DNA of 51,508 bases from Deltaproteobacteria bacterium (GTDB lineage Bacteria > Myxococcota_A > Polyangia > HGW-17 > JAJRWW01), in the NCBI GenBank assembly GCA_029938605.1, contig JAOZUO010000002.1, positions 11,365-62,872 of the forward strand, given 5' to 3'. The translations under genes were made by a program, and so were the position numbers. The notes under the pieces were generated by a model. The model was not told the DNA's origin. It made no database searches and worked only from the letters and a program-made list of their open reading frames with translations. Positions 7,241-15,769 of the stretch are shown here, piece after piece (the first letter of the stretch is position 1; each line of letters opens with the position of its first letter).

Positions 7241-8857
7241 CTAGCCGGGTAGGTCCACGCCGTCTGAGATTCGTAGGGCCTGCAGCATTTCGGCCACCGT
7301 GCCGTAGTTCTTTTCGTAGAAGAAGGGGCAGGGGTCCGGCCGGGCCTCGTCCAGCGCATTGAGCAGCGAGATCTCCCGCTCCATCTGTGTCTTGCGAAGC
7401 ACCTCGAGGATCCGGCGCTTGTCGACGAGCTTCTTCTCTAGCTGGTCCTGCCGGCCCGCGGATTCGGCTCGGTAGGTCCCCAGATTCGTTTCGAGGTCGC
7501 GAATTTGCTGGTGGAGATCGGCCTGGGGTCCTTCGTGGTTCCCTTCCTGAGCGATGAGGCTGTCGAGGGTCATGCTGGTGCCGACGATCTCGTTCTTGAG
7601 ATCGAAGGCCCTCTGATGGATCTCCTCCTCCAGGTCGTCGAGCTCCGCTTCCGCCAGGGCCACGTCCGCCTCGGCGCCCACGGTGCGGTCTTCGGATTCG
7701 GTGAGCTTGGTCAGCTGCTTGGGCAGACCGGGGGTGGCGAGCTCATCGATCACGAGGCGCTCGGCGATGCTGGTGGCCAGCTTCAGGGCCTGGCTCCAGT
7801 ACCAGATGCGGTAGGCCGGATCTCCGGGGTGCATGGACGGCGACTCCAGGACCGGTCCGGACTGGGGGATGGTCGGCGCGAAATCTCCGGGCGTCCAGAC
7901 GGGGGTGGTGGCGCCCCAGCTGGATCCGGCTTTGCTCGTCTCGAGCACCTTGCCCACGTCCGGAGGTACCGCCCGGGGCTGGGGCGCGGTGTCGAGCACC
8001 TGCTCGAGTACCTCGAGCACCTCGTTCACTGCGTCGGGGCGGTCCTCCCTGGCCTTCTCCAGGCACTTGAGGATCACCGCTTCCAGCTCCGCGGGCAACG
8101 GCGGGATGTCGATGGAAAGCAGCGACGACGGCTTGGGAGGCGGTTCGTCCATGTGGGCCTGCAGCAACTGGGGCAGCAGGTCGTAGGTGAAAGGCGGGCG
8201 CCCGGTGAACACCTCGAATGCGAGCACGCCCAGGGCATAAATGTCAGCGCGGTGGTCCACGGACTCGCCGCGGGCTTGCTCGGGGGACATGTAGCGCGGG
8301 GTGCCGAACACCTCTCCGGTCATGGACAGCGGGTTCTCCACGTCCGCCAGGACCTTGGCGAGGCCGAAGTCGAGGATTTTCAGATTGTCCTCATCCCCAC
8401 GGTGCTTGGAGATGCGTACGTTGCTGGGGCTCAGATCCCGGTGCACGATGTTTGCCGCATGGGCGGCCTGCAGGGCCTGGGCGACCTGAATCAGGAGACG
8501 CACACCTCTCCACCGGGGCATGGGCTTGGGGGCCGTCTCGGCCAGGACGCTGGCCAGGGTGGGCCCGTCCACGAACTCCATCACCAGGTAAAAGAGCCCC
8601 TCGTCCGTACGCCCGAAGTCGTAGATCTGTACGGCGTGGGGATGGTCGAGGCGGCTGGCTGCGTGGGCCTCCCGTTTGAAGCGCGCGACGACCTTCTCGT
8701 CTTCGGCAACATGCTCCTGGAGCACCTTCACCGCGTACTGTAAGCCCAGGGTGTCGTGCTCGGCCCGGTACACCTCGCCCATGGCGCCTTCGCCCAGGAG
8801 CTCCTTGATCTCGAAACGTTCCGCCAGCGTTATGCCGGTGAGGGGTCCGTCGTCCAT
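7241..8857 (-). CDS. Hanks-type Ser/Thr protein kinase with C-terminal coiled coil
   Basis: LGEGAMGEVY, YAVKVL, HRDLSPSN, DFG, GTPRYMSPEQ, DIYALG; no transmembrane segment seen. Confidence 0.95.
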   Translation of the reverse strand: MDDGPLTGITLAERFEIKELLGEGAMGEVYRAEHDTLGLQYAVKVLQEHVAEDEKVVARFKREAHAASRLDHPHAVQIYDFGRTDEGLFYLVMEFVDGPTLASVLAETAPKPMPRWRGVRLLIQVAQALQAAHAANIVHRDLSPSNVRISKHRGDEDNLKILDFGLAKVLADVENPLSMTGEVFGTPRYMSPEQARGESVDHRADIYALGVLAFEVFTGRPPFTYDLLPQLLQAHMDEPPPKPSSLLSIDIPPLPAELEAVILKCLEKAREDRPDAVNEVLEVLEQVLDTAPQPRAVPPDVGKVLETSKAGSSWGATTPVWTPGDFAPTIPQSGPVLESPSMHPGDPAYRIWYWSQALKLATSIAERLVIDELATPGLPKQLTKLTESEDRTVGAEADVALAEAELDDLEEEIHQRAFDLKNEIVGTSMTLDSLIAQEGNHEGPQADLHQQIRDLETNLGTYRAESAGRQDQLEKKLVDKRRILEVLRKTQMEREISLLNALDEARPDPCPFFYEKNYGTVAEMLQALRISDGVDLPG

Positions 8858-8987
8858 AGGTCATTGTCGTCTTTCCCCTGTGTTGATAGTACGAAATGGG
8901 GCGTCTGGCCAGACGGAAACTCCGAAGGGGGTCTCAGAACACTATGTTTCGGGTCGAGGTTTCGGGTCGAGGTTTCTGGACGGGCCC

Positions 8988-11411
8988 TTAGGGCAGGGAG
9001 ACGCGGAAGGTCTGGTGCTGTCGGTAGAAGTTACTATTGAGCCGGACCTTCCAGGCGCCTTCCACCAGGCACCGGACCAGTCCGCTGGCTTTTTTCGGTG
9101 GGATCACGTCCACGACCTCGTCGAGGGTGGTCTCCACCTGTAGCGCCACGGTCCAGCCCCGGTTGGGCTTGTGCAGGGCTACGCACCGCTTCACGTGGGG
9201 TCTCATGAGGGCTTTGAAATTGGGCATGAGGCGGACGCTTTTGCGGTAGCGGCCGACGCCGGATCCACGTCCACCCAGTCCAAACCCCCCGCCGCCCCGG
9301 CGCTCGATGCCCGCCGTGGAGGGCCGGACTCCGGGCTCGATGGCCAGGTAGGAGGTCACCGGGGACACCACCCGCCCGAGCTTGGCCACCCGCATCATCT
9401 CGGCGTTGGTGAGCTTATGGTGTAGGTCATGGGAGAAGACAAAGGCCGCCGTGGCCCGGCTGAAGCGCCGGTCCACGCGCAGGGTCCTGCGATAGGTCGC
9501 CGCCCAGATCTTCCCCACCACGGTTAGTCGCCTCGGTGCGGTCTTGACCTGCGTCATCTCCCGCAGGCCGACGCCCTCGTTGAGCGTTGAGGGCAGGGAG
9601 GACAGCCCGTGGTCCCGGGGGAGCCCCAGCACGCGCACATTGTCGATGCGGATAGGACGCACCAGGCCGAGCACCACGGGCACCAGCGCCTTGTGGTCCG
9701 GTTTGTCCGGTCCCACGATGCTCAGCAGCACACCGCCGTGTTTCGCAGCCAGGGGGGACAGTCGGTGGCGGTCGCGCCGCATCTCGGTCACCTCACTGAT
9801 GTGGGAGCCGTAGGTGGGTATGACGACGTGGGCGATGGTGGATCGCGGTGCCCGGGCCAGGGGTGTCAGCCCGTTCCGGTTCTTCCAACTGGGGCGCAGG
9901 AGGTCGTCGCTGAACATGACGATACGCAGGGTCCCCCGCCGTTCTCTCAGGAGCTTCGCCGCCAGGGCCAGACCCTGATCGAGCGCGCTGCCGTTGCCCC
10001 CACCGAGCTTGCCCGCCTTGCGCGCATTCTTGACCCGCGCTTTGAAGGTGGTCGCCTGGGCGAAGCGCCCCACGAGCCGCTTGGCGAAGCGTCGGTACAG
10101 CACCACCTCGAAGTGGGCCTTGGGCACGTGGCTCAGGTAGGCCCGGGCCAGGGCCAGCTGCTGGTCGATGCCCTTTGGCTTCATGGAGTGGGAGGCGTCC
10201 ACCACGAACACCACCGAGAGGTTCTTGGGCAGTGGTCTCAGCTGGGGCGCCATGTCCAGCTCCATGCGGAAAAACTGCTTCTTCCGCGAGGCCACCACCC
10301 GTCCCAGCCGCCCTGCCAGCGTGGCGATTTTCGCTGGGGAAATGCGAATGGTCGCCTGGCTCGGATCTCCGTTGGAGGTCGGGGCGTCCGGCAGGACCAG
10401 GGGGAGTCCCCCGGCCCGATAGCGGAACGTCCGTCCGCCAATTTTTCCCGCCAGGTCCCAGGCCACGAGCTGGCCCACGTCCAAGCGTGCGTGGTCGGAC
10501 ACCACCAGACGCCAGGTCCCCGCCACCGGGGTTTTCTCTCCCAGCTTCACCTCGTAGGTCTTCCGCACGTTGTTACTGCTTCCGCCGGTCTTGTTGTGCA
10601 GCAGGCGGGATTTTCCTCCCGGGGTCACCAGGTGTACCTGGAGGTCTCCTTGGTAGGTGTGGCGGATGTCCACGGTCACCTTCACGTTTCTGACAAAACC
10701 CCGGCGGTGAACCTGCAGCTTGCTCACGGTGTACGACACGCTCCTACTTCGCCTGAGGGAACCCGGCAGGGGTTTCACCACGGCTTGTCGCAGGGCGATG
10801 GACTGGGCGCTCGCAGCCAGTCGGCCGTTCACGGTGATCTTCGCCCGCTTCGACGCCGGGTGGATGCGTAGGATCGGAACCGCCAGGTTCTTGGCGCCGT
10901 TGTGTCGGGGATACGACAGGGTGTAGCGCCCTTCCGAATAGCGTGTGGGAACCGTCAGGGTGTACTCCACCGTGGACTTGCCACCGGGCGCCACCGGGAA
11001 GACCTGCAGGTGCACTTCGTTGGCCCAAATCCAGTACAGCAGCGCCGGATCCCGGGGCGTGTGAGGTCCGAACCCCGTCAGCTTTTTGTACAGCGCCGCC
11101 GCCTTTCCGGCCTCCATGAGCTCGCCCTTGTACCAGCGCTTTTTCCCCTGGCCCCGGATGCGCAGCCCCGTGGCCGCCGCTCCGTAGGGCAGGTGGATGC
11201 GCAACGACGCCTCCTCGTGGCGCTTGCCGGCGTTGGCAAAGGTGCGCCGGATCGTAAAGACGGCCACTCCCTTTTTCAGCCGCACGTCCACCCTGTGGGC
11301 TACCTCCTTGAGGGGCTGGCGCAGGGTCGCGGTCAAGGTGTCAGCCGCCGCCGGTGGCGCCCCGAGGGCCAGCAGCAGCAACGCAATGGGCATGGTCTGG
11401 ATGGTTCGCAT
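8988..11411 (-). CDS. Secreted VIT + proprotein-convertase P-domain + VWA protein
   Basis: Signal peptide; VIT-like N-terminus (RRTFAN...LPYGAAATGLR...VFPVAPG); P-domain (VDIRHTYQGDL...LVTPGG...GTWRLVVSD...G.LVAW); MIDAS VVDASHSM; C-terminal VSPVTSYL. Confidence 0.8.
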   Translation of the reverse strand: MRTIQTMPIALLLLALGAPPAAADTLTATLRQPLKEVAHRVDVRLKKGVAVFTIRRTFANAGKRHEEASLRIHLPYGAAATGLRIRGQGKKRWYKGELMEAGKAAALYKKLTGFGPHTPRDPALLYWIWANEVHLQVFPVAPGGKSTVEYTLTVPTRYSEGRYTLSYPRHNGAKNLAVPILRIHPASKRAKITVNGRLAASAQSIALRQAVVKPLPGSLRRSRSVSYTVSKLQVHRRGFVRNVKVTVDIRHTYQGDLQVHLVTPGGKSRLLHNKTGGSSNNVRKTYEVKLGEKTPVAGTWRLVVSDHARLDVGQLVAWDLAGKIGGRTFRYRAGGLPLVLPDAPTSNGDPSQATIRISPAKIATLAGRLGRVVASRKKQFFRMELDMAPQLRPLPKNLSVVFVVDASHSMKPKGIDQQLALARAYLSHVPKAHFEVVLYRRFAKRLVGRFAQATTFKARVKNARKAGKLGGGNGSALDQGLALAAKLLRERRGTLRIVMFSDDLLRPSWKNRNGLTPLARAPRSTIAHVVIPTYGSHISEVTEMRRDRHRLSPLAAKHGGVLLSIVGPDKPDHKALVPVVLGLVRPIRIDNVRVLGLPRDHGLSSLPSTLNEGVGLREMTQVKTAPRRLTVVGKIWAATYRRTLRVDRRFSRATAAFVFSHDLHHKLTNAEMMRVAKLGRVVSPVTSYLAIEPGVRPSTAGIERRGGGGFGLGGRGSGVGRYRKSVRLMPNFKALMRPHVKRCVALHKPNRGWTVALQVETTLDEVVDVIPPKKASGLVRCLVEGAWKVRLNSNFYRQHQTFRVSLP

Positions 11412-11480
11412 GGGAAGTAGGAGTCTCCCATGGCCGCCAAAGTTCCCGCGGAGCTCAAAAAATATCAGTGCCCCTTATCT

Positions 11481-11756
11481 CTACCAGTCGTCGGGATCTG
11501 TGTTCTTGGGGCGGGGGCGGGGATGGGCGCGCATGGAGTTGAGTCCGGCGTCCCGGGTGGCGGGATCGGTGACGGTGCCGAACGTCTGGCCTATGCGGTC
11601 GGCGCAGCCCTTGCGGAACATGATCCAGCCGAACAAAAACAGGATCGCCAGCCCTACGAAGAGGTATTGCTGTCCTCGGCCCCCGCGGGCACGGCCCGCT
11701 CGCCCGAAGACCCGGCGCTCGCTGCGGCGCGGATCCTGGGACTCAGGCTCAGCCAT
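11481..11756 (-). CDS. Small single-pass membrane protein
   Basis: One hydrophobic helix YLFVGLAILFLFGWIMF; overlaps the recJ stop by 8 nt. Confidence 0.6.
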   Translation of the reverse strand: MAEPESQDPRRSERRVFGRAGRARGGRGQQYLFVGLAILFLFGWIMFRKGCADRIGQTFGTVTDPATRDAGLNSMRAHPRPRPKNTDPDDW

Positions 11757-13521
11757 CGTCCTGCGAGGGGCCGAGGTCCAGGAGACGGAGCTGAATGGAC
11801 GTTTTGCCGCGGTAGGTGTTGTGCTCCGGAACGAAGACCACCCGCAGGCGGGATTGCGGGTCGGGGATCCGGTGACCCATGCCGAACCCGATGACCTCGT
11901 GTACGGTGTCGCCCTCGGGGTCCGCGATCTTCAGGCGTAGGTGACCGTTGCCCACCAGCCGCGACTCCACCACCACGACGGGGTCAGCCAAGAGCATGGG
12001 CTCGGGGTTGCCTTCGCCGCAGGGCTGGATGGATTCGAGCTCGTCGACCAGCGCTTCGTCCACCCTGGCCAGGGTGGTGCAAGAGTCCACCCCGACGGTG
12101 TCGCCCACCCCCCCGAGGCGGGCGATTTGGGCAGTAATCGCAGCGTCCAGGGCTTCGGTCAATGCGGGCAGATTGGACTGCTTTACGGTGAGGCCGGCGG
12201 CGGCGGCGTGGCCTCCAAATGTGACCAGGTGCTGCCGGGTAGCGCTCAGGGCTTCGTAGATGTTGATGCCCCCGAAGGTCCGCACCGAGCCTCTGCCTTC
12301 GCCGTCGGACATGGAGATGACCACCGCGGGCCGGCCGAACTGTTCGGCGAGCTTGGAGGCCACGATGCCCACCACGCCCGGATGCCAGTCCTCGCTGGCC
12401 AGCACGTGGACCGCCTCTCCCACGCCGCCCTTCTCCACCATCTCCAGCGCGGAGGTGTAGACGTCCTCCTGGAGTCGCTGGCGTTGTCGGTTGCGACCGT
12501 CCAGCGCGAGGGCACATCGCCAAGCCTCGTTGGTCTCCCGCTCCGTCAACAGTTGTAGGGCCGGCTTCGCGTTACCCAGGCGCCCCGCGGCGTTGAGCCG
12601 GGGCGCCAATCGGAAGGCGATGTCCTTGACCGAAATGGCGGGTGGTCCGGCCTGGAGCCCTGCCAGCCGGGCCAGGAAGCGGAGCCCCGGACGCTTCAGC
12701 GCGTTGATGCGGTCCAGGCCGGCGCGTACCATGATCCGGTTCAAACCCGCCAGCGGTACCACGTCCGCGATGGTCCCCACGGCCACCAGGTCCAGCAGGT
12801 CAGTTACGTTGGGAGCGGGGCGCTTTTCGTTGAAGAAATCCCGACTTATCAGCTCCGTGCGTAGGGCCGCGGCCACATAAAAGGTTACGCCCACCGAGGC
12901 CATGTCGTGGAAGGGGAAGGGACAGCCGGGACGGCCCGGATTGACCAGGGCGTAGGCTGGCGGCGCGTTCTCGGGCATCTGGTGGTGATCCAACACCACC
13001 ACATCGATGTTGGCTTCCACCGCGGCTCGGAGGGCGGCGTGGTCCCCTGAGCCCACATCGCAGGCCACTACCAGGGTGCAGCCGGCCTCCTCGAAGGCCT
13101 TGATGTCCCTTGGCGTGAGACCATACCCGTGGTCACGGCTGGCCAGGCGCACCTCGGGGGTCTGGCCGAGATCCCCGAGGATCTCCGCGATCACCGCCGC
13201 GGCCGTGATTCCGTCGACGTCGTAGTCCCCGAACACGCCGCAGCGTTCGTTCCGGCACACCGCGTCGGCCAGGCGCGTCACGGCGCGTGGAAAGTCGGCC
13301 ATCTCCGAAGGGTCGAGCAGGCTCCCCAGGTGGGGTTTCAGGTAGGAGTGGGCCGAGTCCAGGTCCCTGACGCCGCGGCGGACGAGCACCCGGGCAGTGG
13401 TTCTCCGCAACCCCAGCTCCTTCGCCAGGGTCTCGCTCTGGAGCTCCAACTCCTCATCTTCGTCGAATACGTAGCGACGGGTAGGAGGCACCGGGGCTTT
13501 GACGGCGCCGCCCGTGGCCAT
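11749..13521 (-). CDS. recJ: Single-stranded-DNA-specific exonuclease RecJ
   Basis: FGDYDVDG, LDHH, GTIADVVPL, PRLNAAGRL, WHPGVVGIVASK, GGHAAAAG. Confidence 0.96.
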   Translation of the reverse strand: MATGGAVKAPVPPTRRYVFDEDEELELQSETLAKELGLRRTTARVLVRRGVRDLDSAHSYLKPHLGSLLDPSEMADFPRAVTRLADAVCRNERCGVFGDYDVDGITAAAVIAEILGDLGQTPEVRLASRDHGYGLTPRDIKAFEEAGCTLVVACDVGSGDHAALRAAVEANIDVVVLDHHQMPENAPPAYALVNPGRPGCPFPFHDMASVGVTFYVAAALRTELISRDFFNEKRPAPNVTDLLDLVAVGTIADVVPLAGLNRIMVRAGLDRINALKRPGLRFLARLAGLQAGPPAISVKDIAFRLAPRLNAAGRLGNAKPALQLLTERETNEAWRCALALDGRNRQRQRLQEDVYTSALEMVEKGGVGEAVHVLASEDWHPGVVGIVASKLAEQFGRPAVVISMSDGEGRGSVRTFGGINIYEALSATRQHLVTFGGHAAAAGLTVKQSNLPALTEALDAAITAQIARLGGVGDTVGVDSCTTLARVDEALVDELESIQPCGEGNPEPMLLADPVVVVESRLVGNGHLRLKIADPEGDTVHEVIGFGMGHRIPDPQSRLRVVFVPEHNTYRGKTSIQLRLLDLGPSQDDG

Positions 13522-13524
13522 GAT

Positions 13525-15747
13525 CTAGCTCTTGGCCTTTGCGTCTCGCAAGCGACCGCCACCGCTCTTCTTCTCGCGCTTGACGTACTTGGCGCGGGTG
13601 CGCTTGGCGCCGCTACCGCCGCCGCCGCCACCACCGCCGCCGCCGCCCGGATCCCGCGTGGGGCTGGCGGCAGAAGCCCGCTTGGCGAACCAGGAGTCCA
13701 GGAAGAGCACCACCGGGCTGGCGATATAGATGGAGGAGTAGGTTCCCACCAGGATTCCGATGGTCAGCGCCAGCGCGAACACCCACAGGTCACCCGTCGC
13801 CAGGAACAGGATGGCCGCGATGGCCGCCAGGGTCGTGACGGACGTCAAGATCGTACGACTCAGGGTCTCGTTCAGGGAGGTGTTGACCACCTTCTCCAGC
13901 TTGACGTCCCTCAGGCGCGAGAGGTTCTCGCGGATCCGGTCGAACACCACGATGGTATCGTTCAAGGAGTACCCGACAATGGTGAGCAGGGCCGCAATGG
14001 TGGAGAGGTTGAACTCCAGCCAGAAGATTGCCCAGATGCCGACGGTGATCATGACGTCGTGGATCAGGGCCACCACGGCGCCCGGCGCGAACTTCAGGTC
14101 GAAGCGCAACGCAATGTACAGCAGGACAAAGAACAGGGTGTACACCACCGACAGGATGCCGCGGATGCGCAGCTTGTTACCCACCTTGGAGCCCACCCGG
14201 ACCACGGATTGAATGGACTTCACTGCGCCGTGAGGAGGAATCTCCACGGCGGTGATGCCCACCGCGCCGATGGTGGCCAGCTTGCGCTCGACGGACATGC
14301 CGGAGGCCTTGCCTTTGACGTCGAGCACCACCAGCCACTTGTTCTCCTGGGCTTCACCCACCCGCGCGAGGGTGTCGCGGTGCTTGGCGATGGGCAGGTT
14401 TACCTTCTTGTCCGTCAGGGCTGTTTTTAGCTCTTCGGGGGTGGTGGCGCGGCCCATCTTAAAGAACACCCGCAGGATCAGCGCGTCGTCAGCCGTGTAG
14501 CCCGCCGCCTTGATGGAGGTCTGGTAGCGCTTCTCCGACAGGCGCACCGAGAGCTTCTCCATCTTGCCGCCGAACTTGGCGAAGGCCGCCTTGATGGTTG
14601 CCACGGGGGTGAACTTCCCAAAGGCCAGGTCCGCGTACCAGCGCTTGTTGGCGGCGATACCCACCCGTTGGACCGCGGCGCCCTGCTTGAGCTTCATGCC
14701 GGCGCCGATGAGCTCTTTTCGCACGTCCGTGGGCTTGCGCATCTCCTTATGTGTAAAGGTGATTCGCAGCGCATAGGGTTGGCCTTTGCCGTAGCGCGCC
14801 CGGCGCAAGGCCGTCTGAATGGCGTCATCCTGCGGCGGGATGTTCAGGGCGAACTGCAGGTTTTGCAGCACACCGGTAGACTTGACGAACCGCGCCAGCT
14901 CTTTGTTGAGCTGGCGTGTCAGCTTGTCGGACAGACCCACCAGCTGCACCACCCACTTGATCTTGTGCTTCTCCTGGCGACCGCGGCGGGCCACGGAGCC
15001 GGCCGTGGGAGCGATGTCCAGCTTGGCCTCGGCGAAGGCGTCGCGGATATCGGTCTCGCTGACGTCTTCGTTGAAGACGAGCCGGACCTTATCACCGGAC
15101 TTGGAGGGCTTGAAGCTGCGCAGGGTCTGGATGGTCTCCGCTCTCACCTTGGCCTTGTGCTGGGTCTTGAGGGCCGCCACCACCTGGGCTCGCTTTTTGG
15201 AGTCCAGGGCAGTGCGCGTGAGCAGGCGAATGACCGGATCCTTGGTGGGGATGAAGGGCAGCACGTCACGCACGTGCTTGCAGCCTGCTTTTTGTACCGT
15301 GGCGATGAGGTCCGCCGCCTTGGCCGCGCCCTTGGTGGGCAGCTGCACCCGGATGGAGGTGCGCGCAAAGCGCTTTTTGAGCACGGCGCTCAGACCCTTG
15401 CCACTCTTGGAGGAGCCCCCGATGATCTTCGGATTCTCCATCCGGATGACGTAGGCGTTGCCCTCGGTTCCGGCCTTGATGACCTCGAGACGCTTGTAGT
15501 TCAAGCGGCTCATGGCTTTGCGCACCGCGGCGGTGTCCAGCCCCGGCTTGTTTTGGAACGCGATCTGCACCTGCGTGCCGCCCCGGAAGTCGATGCCGTA
15601 GTTCAGGGCCGATCCGCGTGTGAACACGTTGACGACCAGCAGGATCGCCGCTCCGCCCACCAGTGCGACGGAGAGCCAGCCGAACTTACGGCGGGATGCC
15701 ATGAACCCGATGTTGGTGCCGGGCTTGATGATCTGAAACTGTTTCAT
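13525..15747 (-). CDS. secF: Protein translocase subunit SecF with greatly enlarged periplasmic region
   Basis: GIDFRGG, YIALRF, ALIHDV, GYSLNDTIVVFDRIRE, TLSRTILT, GTYSSIYIA; 740 aa. Confidence 0.93.
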   Translation of the reverse strand: MKQFQIIKPGTNIGFMASRRKFGWLSVALVGGAAILLVVNVFTRGSALNYGIDFRGGTQVQIAFQNKPGLDTAAVRKAMSRLNYKRLEVIKAGTEGNAYVIRMENPKIIGGSSKSGKGLSAVLKKRFARTSIRVQLPTKGAAKAADLIATVQKAGCKHVRDVLPFIPTKDPVIRLLTRTALDSKKRAQVVAALKTQHKAKVRAETIQTLRSFKPSKSGDKVRLVFNEDVSETDIRDAFAEAKLDIAPTAGSVARRGRQEKHKIKWVVQLVGLSDKLTRQLNKELARFVKSTGVLQNLQFALNIPPQDDAIQTALRRARYGKGQPYALRITFTHKEMRKPTDVRKELIGAGMKLKQGAAVQRVGIAANKRWYADLAFGKFTPVATIKAAFAKFGGKMEKLSVRLSEKRYQTSIKAAGYTADDALILRVFFKMGRATTPEELKTALTDKKVNLPIAKHRDTLARVGEAQENKWLVVLDVKGKASGMSVERKLATIGAVGITAVEIPPHGAVKSIQSVVRVGSKVGNKLRIRGILSVVYTLFFVLLYIALRFDLKFAPGAVVALIHDVMITVGIWAIFWLEFNLSTIAALLTIVGYSLNDTIVVFDRIRENLSRLRDVKLEKVVNTSLNETLSRTILTSVTTLAAIAAILFLATGDLWVFALALTIGILVGTYSSIYIASPVVLFLDSWFAKRASAASPTRDPGGGGGGGGGGGSGAKRTRAKYVKREKKSGGGRLRDAKAKS

Positions 15748-15769
15748 CGTCCGCTCGCCTTTACGTCTC

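Noticed and set aside
8415-8450. Kinase catalytic loop HRDLSPSN instead of HRDLKPxN
   Set aside because: The S-P variant is common in myxobacterial Hanks kinases; other catalytic motifs are intact
13615-13650. (GCC)n run encoding poly-Gly in the SecF tail
   Set aside because: In-frame low-complexity tail; cannot cause phase variation
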